A stretch of DNA of 64,000 nt, from positions 62,001 to 126,000 of the IMG/VR virus record IMGVR_UViG_3300030099_004448; one strand, 5' to 3'. Both the position numbers and the translations under genes were made by a program. Within the stretch, counting starts at the first letter, position 1; every line of letters begins with the position of its first letter. The notes under the pieces are model-generated. The model was given only the letters and a program-made list of their open reading frames with translations, was not told where the DNA came from and ran no database searches. This document shows positions 37,338-45,779 of the stretch, piece after piece.

Positions 37338-38465
37338 ATGCCTTCTTTATCTGGCAATTCTACTAATGGAACTCCCAATTGGGATAAGTATGTAGTAAAT
37401 AATAATTATGCAACAGTAACATATACTATTGAAACAGAAACATTATTTTTTAAAAAACAGACAAACAATAAAGTAGATCATGTATGGGATCAACTGCCTC
37501 CTGGAACCAAATTGTCTATAACCAATTCAACAAAGGTTAATATTAGTGCATCAAGAGACACTGGAGTTACCCGTCAAATTACTTCTCAACCAGCTGCTAA
37601 CGTTCAAATTGGTAACAAAAAGGGATATGTTCTAATCAATAAAATTAAAAAACCAACCAAAGCGCCAGATAGTGTTGAAAAAAGAACTATTTCCATGGCA
37701 CAAACGGATCTTGATAAATTGAAAGAAAAAGCCGGTGTTGGTAAAAAACGAATCAGTGGTATTGATATTGAGGTTGATGGATTTGGTTTGATAACTGATG
37801 TTGCCACTGTAGAAAAAGTTCCAGAAAGAGTTAATGGTAGAGAAGCAAAGGCCGATATTGTTCTCAAAAATTCCAAGGGCACTAGACTGATTTATATTTC
37901 TCATAAAGCTGCTGGCGGTGCAAAAGCATTCCAACAATATGGTGGTATATCTGAGACTGCAGGAACTAAAGAAATGCCAGGATTAGTTTACAATAATCCT
38001 GAAGTTCAGAAGTTTTTGAATGACCTTTATTCACTTTATAAATCTTCTTTGGATGGCACTGGAAACAATTTAAATCCATTTGAAAAAGGTAAATTAAACG
38101 AGTCAAGATTATATCGACCAATAACAGACACAAAACTCATAAATCAGTCGGTGTTTGGTCCTGGTTTTGGTGGACCGTCTGGAATTGATAATGTAGATGT
38201 TATTGCACAGGGACCTTTTAAATTTAAACCCGTTATGAATCCTTATGGTGATATAATAATTACACTCAGTTGGGATCACTTTGATTATCGTGGTGGGGAC
38301 ATTAATGACTTCAATAGTGGTCAATATCAAGCTCTTTTAGTTTCAAGAAATGCTAGTGATAGAAGAACAAAAACCCCTCAGGGAGATATACCAGGAGTGA
38401 GAACGGGTATTTTTAACAAATCTTATCTATCGGGGAAGTCCATGCCTATCGATTCCATTCTGTGA
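37338..38465 (+). CDS. Late protein with PD-(D/E)xK-like nuclease motif
   Basis: AKADIVL...YISHK...FQQYGG. Confidence 0.55.
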   Translation: MPSLSGNSTNGTPNWDKYVVNNNYATVTYTIETETLFFKKQTNNKVDHVWDQLPPGTKLSITNSTKVNISASRDTGVTRQITSQPAANVQIGNKKGYVLINKIKKPTKAPDSVEKRTISMAQTDLDKLKEKAGVGKKRISGIDIEVDGFGLITDVATVEKVPERVNGREAKADIVLKNSKGTRLIYISHKAAGGAKAFQQYGGISETAGTKEMPGLVYNNPEVQKFLNDLYSLYKSSLDGTGNNLNPFEKGKLNESRLYRPITDTKLINQSVFGPGFGGPSGIDNVDVIAQGPFKFKPVMNPYGDIIITLSWDHFDYRGGDINDFNSGQYQALLVSRNASDRRTKTPQGDIPGVRTGIFNKSYLSGKSMPIDSIL

Positions 38466-38468
38466 TCT

Positions 38469-38476
38469 GATAAATA
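38469..38476 (+). promoter_or_regulatory. Late promoter
   Basis: GATAAATA intergenic, upstream of 38511. Confidence 0.6.
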
Positions 38477-38510
38477 ACTACAGGTCACGATCCCCTGACT
38501 TAAATTAATA

Positions 38511-39926
38511 ATGAAATCATTTTCCCAATTTCTTAAAGAAGCCGTAGAAACTTCTGCGTCTGCTCAAGCGAAGAGACTTGGGTTAGAAGGCGATGGTCAT
38601 GGAGACTGGTATGACAAAGATGGAACTCTTGTCGCTAAAACTGTTAGTGGTAAGTTAAAGTTCTTTGGACAAGGTAAGAAGTCAAAAGAAGAGAACAGCA
38701 ATGTAGAGAAACCTACGACATCTAAACCAGATGCTAAGAAATCAGTATCCACCCAGACTCAACCGAAAAAAGTATCTCCAGAAAAACCTGGAGATGCAGA
38801 GGAATCGCAAGAAAAATCAGAGTCTAATGGTGTCGTTATTGTTTTTGGTAGGTTCAATCCTCCGACCATCGGACACGAAAAGTTACTCAATAAAGCTGCA
38901 CAAGAAGCAGAAAAAAACGGATATGAACTAAGAATCTATCCTTCGAGAAGTCAGGATAAGAAAAAGAATCCTCTAGACGCAACTGCTAAGATTGATTATA
39001 TGCGTCAGATGTTCCCCAAGTATGCGGGTAATATTATTGATGATGCAAACTCTAAGACCATCTTCAATGTAATGATTGGTGCAAATGAAGAAGGTCATAA
39101 GAATATGAAGATCATGGTTGGTGCTGACCGTCTTGGCGAGTTCCAAGGTCTAAGTCATAAGTATAATGGTGAACTTTATAACTATGATAATCTAGAAGTA
39201 GTTTCTGCAGGAGATAGAGATCCTGATGCAGAAGGTGCAGAAGGTATGTCTGCATCAAAACTTAGACTTGCAGCGAGTGAAGGTGATTTCAAATCTTTTG
39301 CTAAGGGTGTTCCAAACACACTGAATAATCAGAAGAAAATGGAACTCTACAATACTCTTCGCAAGAGTATGGGTATTAGTGAAACTTGGGAAATTGCTCC
39401 AAAGTTTGACGAAGAGACTTTAAGGAATCGTTATATCAAAGAAGACATTTATTCCATTGGTACTGTTGTAGAAAATATCAATACTGGATTGAAGGGGAAG
39501 GTTTTCAGAAGAGGAACCAATTATGTTATTGCGGTTACTGAAGGTGATGTAATGTTCAAGTCTTGGTTGAGAGATTTGATCGAACATAATGATAAACCTC
39601 ATGAAATTGGAACAGATGAATATAGAAAGTATGTTCAGAAATTAACTCCTGGTCAAAAAATTGCGAGATATAACAAAACTAAAGTTCCTCCCACTATGTC
39701 TGAAGAACCCATAAACCTTAGGGGTAGACGTTTTTTCGGTTTAGGTAGAAAGAATAAGGTTTCAGATTTCAATCATTTGAGATATGGTGGAGATGGATCA
39801 GAAGGTAATGCCGCAAGGAACACTAATAAAAAAGCTCCAGCATATAATTCTCAACAGATGCAATACCCTACGAGGGGACCAAGAAATATTCGCCTAAGAG
39901 GTCCTAACGCTCCCATAGATATCTGA
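38511..39926 (+). CDS. Cytidyltransferase-like (HIGH-motif) protein with N-terminal capsid-targeting-like leader
   Basis: MKSFSQFLKE leader; FGRFNPPTIGHEKL, VGADR, SAGDRDPD, MSASKLR. Confidence 0.85.
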   Translation: MKSFSQFLKEAVETSASAQAKRLGLEGDGHGDWYDKDGTLVAKTVSGKLKFFGQGKKSKEENSNVEKPTTSKPDAKKSVSTQTQPKKVSPEKPGDAEESQEKSESNGVVIVFGRFNPPTIGHEKLLNKAAQEAEKNGYELRIYPSRSQDKKKNPLDATAKIDYMRQMFPKYAGNIIDDANSKTIFNVMIGANEEGHKNMKIMVGADRLGEFQGLSHKYNGELYNYDNLEVVSAGDRDPDAEGAEGMSASKLRLAASEGDFKSFAKGVPNTLNNQKKMELYNTLRKSMGISETWEIAPKFDEETLRNRYIKEDIYSIGTVVENINTGLKGKVFRRGTNYVIAVTEGDVMFKSWLRDLIEHNDKPHEIGTDEYRKYVQKLTPGQKIARYNKTKVPPTMSEEPINLRGRRFFGLGRKNKVSDFNHLRYGGDGSEGNAARNTNKKAPAYNSQQMQYPTRGPRNIRLRGPNAPIDI

Positions 39927-39937
39927 GTAACAAATCC

Positions 39938-39945
39938 TATAAATA
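39938..39945 (+). promoter_or_regulatory. T4-type late promoter
   Basis: Exact TATAAATA 28 nt upstream of 39974. Confidence 0.8.
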
Positions 39946-39973
39946 AAACATAGGCAGTCTCAGATTCGGATAC

Positions 39974-42001
39974 ATGAAAAGTTGGAATAGTTTTTCTAAA
40001 GAGCTTACCGAGAAAAAAGCTAAGAGAGATTACGACGGTGACGGCACCATCGAAACTGGTTCTAAAGAACATGCGGGGGTAGTTCATAACGCTATCCAAC
40101 GCGCTAAGGGTAAAAAGGCCGACGGTCAAGATACTCGTAAAGAAGAAGTAGAAGGGTTAGAAGAAACCAAACTGGCAGATAAAGCATACTCTAGAGCAAG
40201 AGATGAAGGTGCTCAGAGACGCCGCACCAAAGAATATAAGGATGGTGGTAACAGAAGCACTACTCGTAAAGAGAAGGGACTGTATAGACTTGCCACTGCA
40301 CAACGCAGACAAGATGCTGACCTAGGAAGACAGAAAGAAGTTGATAGGTCTTCTGGAATGGAAGGTCACATGAAGAAATCAGTTGCTAAAAAGGGTAAGT
40401 ATGATTATGGTGCAGTCTTAGATAAGAAAGATCCTAAGAAAAATCCTAAGCACACTGCTAATAAAAGTACTAAAAAGGAAGAAGTAGAACAGTATGTTGA
40501 CTTCCTTATCAACGAAGGATATGATTGTTCTCAACTTACATGGGAAGATGTAACTGCAGAGTATGAGTGTTTAGATGAAGGTCTACGTGATGCAGTAAAG
40601 AACCTTTTGGGTAAGGGGAAGAAAAAAGAAGAGAAAAAACCTGAAAGCAGAGGTGAACAACTTCGTAAGAAATATAATGTTGGACCAGATAAGTCTGATA
40701 CTTCTGCTAAGATGCAAATTCTTAAGAAGACTCGTGCTAAGAAAGAAAGAGACCAAAAAGAGTTTGGTGGTTCAAGATACTCCAAGTCTGTTGCTAAGAA
40801 GTCTGCTGATGCACATGATCGTTATCTGAAAGGTGGTTATAGTAAGTATGGCGCTGATGATGCAAGAGGTAAGGGAAATAAAGCTCGTAAGCGCGCTGAA
40901 GCACTTAAGAAAGAAGAACTGGAACTCCAAGAACTTGACATCAAGGGTGCAGTGACTGGTGCTCTCGATAGAGGTTCCAAGTTCATGAAGAAAAATCCAG
41001 TTGGTAGAGCAATAGGTAATGTACTGAAACCAGTCGGATCTGGTCGTGGAACAACGCGCCCCGCTCCTGGTGCAAGACCTGGAACTCCAGGCGGTGGTGC
41101 AACAACTCGCCCAATGATGAATTCCCATGAACCAGAAGGTGATAACCTTCAGGAGAAACCAGGTGATGGATATCTTGGTCCAACACCAATTCCAAATCCT
41201 ATTAGGATGGCAAAAGATGCGGTTGATGCAACTAATCGCAACAGCCAGAAAAAGGTTGATATGGTAAACAAAACTTTGGGACGTGGTTCTGCTTCAATGC
41301 CAAAAGTTAATTACTTCAACAAAGGTCCTAGTGCTGCGTCAAAACGGTATCTTGGTTTATCTTATGAACCAGAAGGTGGACTAGTAGAAGGTATTCGTGA
41401 CGAAGATGCAGAAAAGGGAACCGAAGAAAGAAAGAAACGCCTTGAGAAAAAGCGTGGACACAAAGTAGATGATCATCCTGAGTATGCAAAAGAGTCCGCA
41501 ACTCCTGGACAACCTGCAGAAAAACTGAAGACTGGACGTAAGATGTTCACCATCCCTGATGAGGAAAGATCTGCAGCTGCTGCACGTCTTAAAGAGAAGG
41601 CTAGAAAGAAGCGTGAAGAAAAAATGAAGGAAGAAGTGAAAGTTGAAACTCCAGTAGTTGAAGAAGCCGAATCTAAGGCACAACAAAGACTGATGGGTCT
41701 TGCACTCTCCGTTAAGAGAGGTGACACTCCAATGTCTTCCGTAACTCCACAAGTTGCGAAAATGGCTAGAGAGATGAAGGAAAAGGATCTCAAGGATTTT
41801 GCAGGAACCAAACATGATGGTCTTCCTGAAAAAGTCAAGAAGGAAGAACCAGAAGTTTCCTCACCTTTGGTTGAGTCTCTAGTTGAAAGTGCTGTACAAA
41901 GAATGACAGCAAAAGCAAGAAGAGAAACTGCCGCAGATAAAAGACTTAATCGTCAAGCTTCATCTGCACAGCAGAGAGCGGAGTTAAACGCAAAAAAGTA
42001 A
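39974..42001 (+). CDS. Modular Lys/Glu-rich virion (internal head) polyprotein, short form; contains a DUF3008-like module
   Basis: MKSWNSFSKELTE leader; many (L/I/V)-x-E junctions; SKAQQRLMGLALSVKRG...DFAGTKHDGLPEKV module. Confidence 0.8.
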   Translation: MKSWNSFSKELTEKKAKRDYDGDGTIETGSKEHAGVVHNAIQRAKGKKADGQDTRKEEVEGLEETKLADKAYSRARDEGAQRRRTKEYKDGGNRSTTRKEKGLYRLATAQRRQDADLGRQKEVDRSSGMEGHMKKSVAKKGKYDYGAVLDKKDPKKNPKHTANKSTKKEEVEQYVDFLINEGYDCSQLTWEDVTAEYECLDEGLRDAVKNLLGKGKKKEEKKPESRGEQLRKKYNVGPDKSDTSAKMQILKKTRAKKERDQKEFGGSRYSKSVAKKSADAHDRYLKGGYSKYGADDARGKGNKARKRAEALKKEELELQELDIKGAVTGALDRGSKFMKKNPVGRAIGNVLKPVGSGRGTTRPAPGARPGTPGGGATTRPMMNSHEPEGDNLQEKPGDGYLGPTPIPNPIRMAKDAVDATNRNSQKKVDMVNKTLGRGSASMPKVNYFNKGPSAASKRYLGLSYEPEGGLVEGIRDEDAEKGTEERKKRLEKKRGHKVDDHPEYAKESATPGQPAEKLKTGRKMFTIPDEERSAAAARLKEKARKKREEKMKEEVKVETPVVEEAESKAQQRLMGLALSVKRGDTPMSSVTPQVAKMAREMKEKDLKDFAGTKHDGLPEKVKKEEPEVSSPLVESLVESAVQRMTAKARRETAADKRLNRQASSAQQRAELNAKK

Positions 42002-42036
42002 AACCCTCTGAGAAACCTACTTCAGGTTCTCAGAGG
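41980..42036 (+). other. Predicted -1 programmed ribosomal frameshift signal
   Basis: GGAG (41980-83), in-frame A AAA AAG (41992-98), TAA, 6-nt spacer, 13-bp bulged hairpin 42005-42036; the -1 frame is open to 43002. Confidence 0.8.
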
Positions 42037-43002
42037 AAATCTAGAGCTAGACCTCTTTCTGATGATGAAATAGAACAGAAGAAAAAACAGTCGGTTGGAT
42101 TCCAAGCGACCAAGTACCGTTCTGATGCTTTGGTGAAGAAGGCTAAAATTGAAACAAAAGGGAAAATCAAAGGTGAAAAAATAAAGTCCGAAAGACAAAA
42201 AGCTAGATTAGATGATGCTAGGGCTAACAGAGAACGTAAAAAAGAAGAATCAAGAGAAAAAGAAAAAAAGGCCAGAGAACAGTTTAAAGATCAGAAAAAA
42301 GTAAAGAAGGCTGCAGATAAAGCAGAAAAAGCTCAGTCTGCTGCAGATAAACAGAAAGAAAAATCCAAAGCCTACGCAAGTGGCATGTCAAGTGGAAGTC
42401 TCAAAACCGCCTCTTCTACTGGTTCGGGAACAGGTCTAAGTGATACCGCTAGTGCAATGGCGTCTAACTTGGGTACTGTTGCTGTCAGAGCTGCAAACGC
42501 AGGTGCTGCGGTTGGTTCTGCAATTAGAGCAAAACAAAAACAAAACAAAGCAGACAAACTTGCTAAGAAGGCTAAGAAGAGAGAAAAAAAGTTTGACAAG
42601 AAATATAATGAAGAAGTCTTCTATGATTGGAGAGAAGAGTTTCTGCATGAAGTAGAAAAGAGAGGTGACAAAAAAGAAAAAAAGGTCATCGATGTAATGA
42701 GAGGAAAGAACCAAATTGAGTTCAATCCTGTTACTGAAGCAAATGTTTCAGAAGACATGAGTGGTATGTCCCAGAAGTCTGGCGACAAACGTCCTACAGA
42801 TAAAGGTGCGGGTATGACCGCAAAGGGAGTCGCTAAATACAATCGCCGCACTGGTGGTAATTTAAAGACTGCTGTTACCACTCCACCTTCTAAGTTAGAC
42901 CCAGACTCAAAGGCTGCAAAACGTAGAAAGAGTTTCTGTGCTCGTTCTAAAGGTTGGACTGGTGAAAGAGGAAAGGCTGCACGTCGTCGTTGGAATTGCT
43001 GA
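41998..43002 (+). CDS. -1 frame extension of the polyprotein (334 codons); C-terminal DUF6321-like module
   Basis: Open from the slippery site; only a weak TTG/GTG start near 42130; ends GMTAKGVAKY...KRRKSFCARS...ARRRWNC. Confidence 0.75.
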   Translation, partial: VKPSEKPTSGSQRKSRARPLSDDEIEQKKKQSVGFQATKYRSDALVKKAKIETKGKIKGEKIKSERQKARLDDARANRERKKEESREKEKKAREQFKDQKKVKKAADKAEKAQSAADKQKEKSKAYASGMSSGSLKTASSTGSGTGLSDTASAMASNLGTVAVRAANAGAAVGSAIRAKQKQNKADKLAKKAKKREKKFDKKYNEEVFYDWREEFLHEVEKRGDKKEKKVIDVMRGKNQIEFNPVTEANVSEDMSGMSQKSGDKRPTDKGAGMTAKGVAKYNRRTGGNLKTAVTTPPSKLDPDSKAAKRRKSFCARSKGWTGERGKAARRRWNC

Positions 43003-43008
43003 TCGTTT

Positions 43009-44439
43009 ATGAAACAACTGAATGAATACGATGAGGTTCTAAAAAAACCTCATCCTCTCTTTGTCTATAAAAATTATATTAACGATATAAAATTTCCAAC
43101 CCGAGAAATCATTAAGGAAAACTCGGAACATAAAATATTTGCTAAACAGGCAACTATGGATCTTCCCGAAGGAGATGAGTTGTTTGTTTCTTTTTGTAGT
43201 CAAAAATATTTTGAGTCTGTTCTAAAAGAGTTTAAGTTATTTTCAAAAGTCAGACCAAAATTATTCAAAAAGGTAATTGATGGTGACTATGAATTTGGTA
43301 AGGATGTAAAAGTCAAAGCCGAATATTGTATTAATAATGCAAGAACTTACTTTGACAAAGAACCTAATATAAGAGAACCCGAAAATATATTTGATCTAAT
43401 TATTTTTGGTGACGACGCTGTTGACTTTGAAATCCATGAGTTGGATATGAAAGGTAATGATGTCAACTTACAAAAGATAGAGTGTGAAAAAAATACTGCT
43501 ATTTTATTTCCATTTGTTCCTTCATCTTGGCATCGACAGAGAATAAAAGAATTTGATGGAAAGAGTGTCAGGATAAGTTTTATTGTGGATGATTCGTTGC
43601 AAGAAATAAATCCAAAAATTTGTAGTCAAAGAGTTCAACAAAAAGCAAGCATCCTACCTAAAGATGAACAGGTCGGTGAAGATCTTGGTATAAAAAGAGA
43701 GGGAATATTCGATCCATGGGGAACTTACTTGTTTGATGATTATGTGAATTGGGATAATTATGTTGAACTAGAAAAAGACTTTCCTTCTTTTGAAAAAGTG
43801 ATGCAGATACATGCATCTGGTAAAGATGTTGATGGAAAGTATGATTCAGTATTCGCTTCTGCTTTTGATGAACGAGTTGTGTTGAGTCCTATCTGGCAAA
43901 AATTTGTGAAATATCATACGAGTAAATTTTATTTCCAAGATATATTTGAAAAATTTGATGGTATTTGGAAAACTTGGAGACCCGAACTGAGAGAAAAAAT
44001 TTATTCTAGAGATTATACTATAGGATATATGCACAGCAAGAAGGACACTGCAGAATCGGAAACTCCAGATATAATGTATGAACTTCTATTTACCCATGAC
44101 CTTGAATGTATGAATCAACATGGTCTTCATGTTCATGTTGATAGGGATGATAAGGTGTTTCAGTCAATGATTTATTTCCGACATCCCGAAGACAGATGTA
44201 ATGATGCAAATCTTCAATTACATCATTGTCATGAGTGGGGTAATTATTTTCCAGGAATTGTAGATAAAAAAGTTGATTATATTTCAAATAGATCTGTAAC
44301 ACTTCCATTTACACCAAAGTCATATCACTCCGTTTCTCCTGGTGATAGAACAGGAAATCCGTATACAAGAAAGATGGTTAACATTATGTTTAGAATTAGT
44401 CCAGATTTGCGTCAGTTAGATGGGGACTTTAGAAGATAA
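43009..44439 (+). CDS. Tandem double 2OG-Fe(II) oxygenase-like protein
   Basis: C-half: HVD...MIYF...SYHSV...R; N-half similar (PHPLFVYKNYI, F..FC.Q.YF, NTAILFPFVPSSWH...R) but lacks a clear HxD. Confidence 0.7.
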   Translation: MKQLNEYDEVLKKPHPLFVYKNYINDIKFPTREIIKENSEHKIFAKQATMDLPEGDELFVSFCSQKYFESVLKEFKLFSKVRPKLFKKVIDGDYEFGKDVKVKAEYCINNARTYFDKEPNIREPENIFDLIIFGDDAVDFEIHELDMKGNDVNLQKIECEKNTAILFPFVPSSWHRQRIKEFDGKSVRISFIVDDSLQEINPKICSQRVQQKASILPKDEQVGEDLGIKREGIFDPWGTYLFDDYVNWDNYVELEKDFPSFEKVMQIHASGKDVDGKYDSVFASAFDERVVLSPIWQKFVKYHTSKFYFQDIFEKFDGIWKTWRPELREKIYSRDYTIGYMHSKKDTAESETPDIMYELLFTHDLECMNQHGLHVHVDRDDKVFQSMIYFRHPEDRCNDANLQLHHCHEWGNYFPGIVDKKVDYISNRSVTLPFTPKSYHSVSPGDRTGNPYTRKMVNIMFRISPDLRQLDGDFRR

Positions 44440-44467
44440 ATAGATCGCTGACTATGAGGCACATAAG

Positions 44468-44662
44468 ATGCTTGCATTTCTACTTCCTATCGCAACAAAA
44501 ATCATCACTGATGCGGTATCGAAAATTCCTGATAACGAGGAACTAGGAGAACAGCTAATTAAAGTTTGTATTTTGATTCTTGAAAAAGCTGTCAAGTTAA
44601 CCAAGACCGATATGGATGACAAACTACTGGCAAAGGTTGCAAAGGCAATCGAAGCCCGTTGA
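44468..44662 (+). CDS. Small conserved hypothetical protein
   Basis: GATAAATA at 44435; AVKLTKTDMDDKLL. Confidence 0.75.
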   Translation: MLAFLLPIATKIITDAVSKIPDNEELGEQLIKVCILILEKAVKLTKTDMDDKLLAKVAKAIEAR

Positions 44663-44664
44663 GT

Positions 44665-44672
44665 TATAAATA
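44665..44672 (+). promoter_or_regulatory. T4-type late promoter
   Basis: Exact TATAAATA upstream of 44708. Confidence 0.8.
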
Positions 44673-44707
44673 TTCTTATACATAACGAGAAACTAGAGGG
44701 AATCAAC

Positions 44708-45199
44708 ATGTCTCTATGGGGTAACAAAGATACTGTCTACTCGACAGGTAATGTCACTACAATTACAGCTGGTGGTGTAATCACTGGTTCTGGTACAACC
44801 TTCTCCGCTTCTGGATTGGTTGAGGCTGGAATGATGATTACTCTCGGATCTAAGGGTGGCGGCGTCATTAAGTCAGTTGATTCCGATACTCAACTGACCC
44901 TTCACAGTGCTGCTGGTTTAACCGCAGGTTCTGGACTTACTCAGGCTTTCAACATTAGTGAAGCTCCTAAGTCTACTGCACTGGACAGCAACCATAATGT
45001 TAACGAAGTTTATGGTTCAAACGCTGCTGAGGTTGGTGCAGCCGCAGGTACAATTTACGAACACTCTCACGCGGGTTGGGTTGGTATTACCACCTATACC
45101 GATACACACGGAAACACCAGAACTAAGACTGAAGTCCTAGTTGCGATGAGTTCTATTGCTGGTGATGCAGCAGACGATTCTATCCTAGCAGATAGCTGA
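44708..45199 (+). CDS. Probable virion structural protein
   Basis: MSLWGNKD...HAGWVGITTYTDTHGNTRTKTEVLVAM; Gly/Thr/Ser-rich; late promoter. Confidence 0.7.
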   Translation: MSLWGNKDTVYSTGNVTTITAGGVITGSGTTFSASGLVEAGMMITLGSKGGGVIKSVDSDTQLTLHSAAGLTAGSGLTQAFNISEAPKSTALDSNHNVNEVYGSNAAEVGAAAGTIYEHSHAGWVGITTYTDTHGNTRTKTEVLVAMSSIAGDAADDSILADS

Positions 45200-45217
45200 T
45201 AAATGATTTGATTTAAT

Positions 45218-45589
45218 ATGCGATTTGATGAGTTGAACGAAGACAATTATGTAATGTTTGCCATTAAACATTATGAAAACCCTCATGCTGTCACACAAGA
45301 TGACTTCTATGAGGACTTGAAACGGTTTAAGTGGATAAAGAGATTACTCAAGAGGTATCAGACAACTGGTATCTTGAAGTCTCACCTTCTCATCAACCAT
45401 TTTATTATTTTGTATAATGTATTCGGGGAGGCTGCAACTCCACTTTTGTTCTTTAAAATTGATAGGGAGTTGTGGCCAGTTGTTAAGACGTTTGTTGTAT
45501 ATCTTGGTAGATTACCAGAATATCCAAAATCTGCATTACATGATATTCCTTTAGATGATAACTGTTTACAAGACTTAGATAAAATATGA
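45218..45589 (+). CDS. Conserved T4-like hypothetical protein
   Basis: LNEDNY.MFAIKHY.NP, EDLKRFKWIKRL, LINH.IILYNVFG. Confidence 0.8.
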   Translation: MRFDELNEDNYVMFAIKHYENPHAVTQDDFYEDLKRFKWIKRLLKRYQTTGILKSHLLINHFIILYNVFGEAATPLLFFKIDRELWPVVKTFVVYLGRLPEYPKSALHDIPLDDNCLQDLDKI

Positions 45590-45777
45590 ACGATCGTATT
45601 CTTGATAAGTATATCGATATAGTCAGGAACCTCCAAGAGGAGGCTCCTGTAAATAGTGTTGGTGGTGGAAATATTGCGGGAACTAGGGAAGCGGGAGACG
45701 ATCCCCCAGTAAAAAGAAAGAAAAAGTATATCTATCAGAAAGGTTTGCGTAAATGGTGGACATCTCTAACTAAGTAA
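45586..45777 (+). CDS. Small hypothetical protein
   Basis: LQEEAPVNSVGGGNIAG; ATGA-coupled. Confidence 0.7.
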   Translation: MNDRILDKYIDIVRNLQEEAPVNSVGGGNIAGTREAGDDPPVKRKKKYIYQKGLRKWWTSLTK

Positions 45778-45779
45778 AA

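Noticed and set aside
42264-42690. Further in-frame A AAA AAG heptamers (~42264, ~42585, ~42678)
   Set aside because: Expected in Lys/Glu-rich coding sequence; no adjacent stop or 3' hairpin seen, so the heptamer alone is not evidence
42130-43002. Independent gene starting at TTG 42130
   Set aside because: No evident SD or promoter, and the frame is open back to the slippery site; treated as a frameshift extension, though not formally excluded
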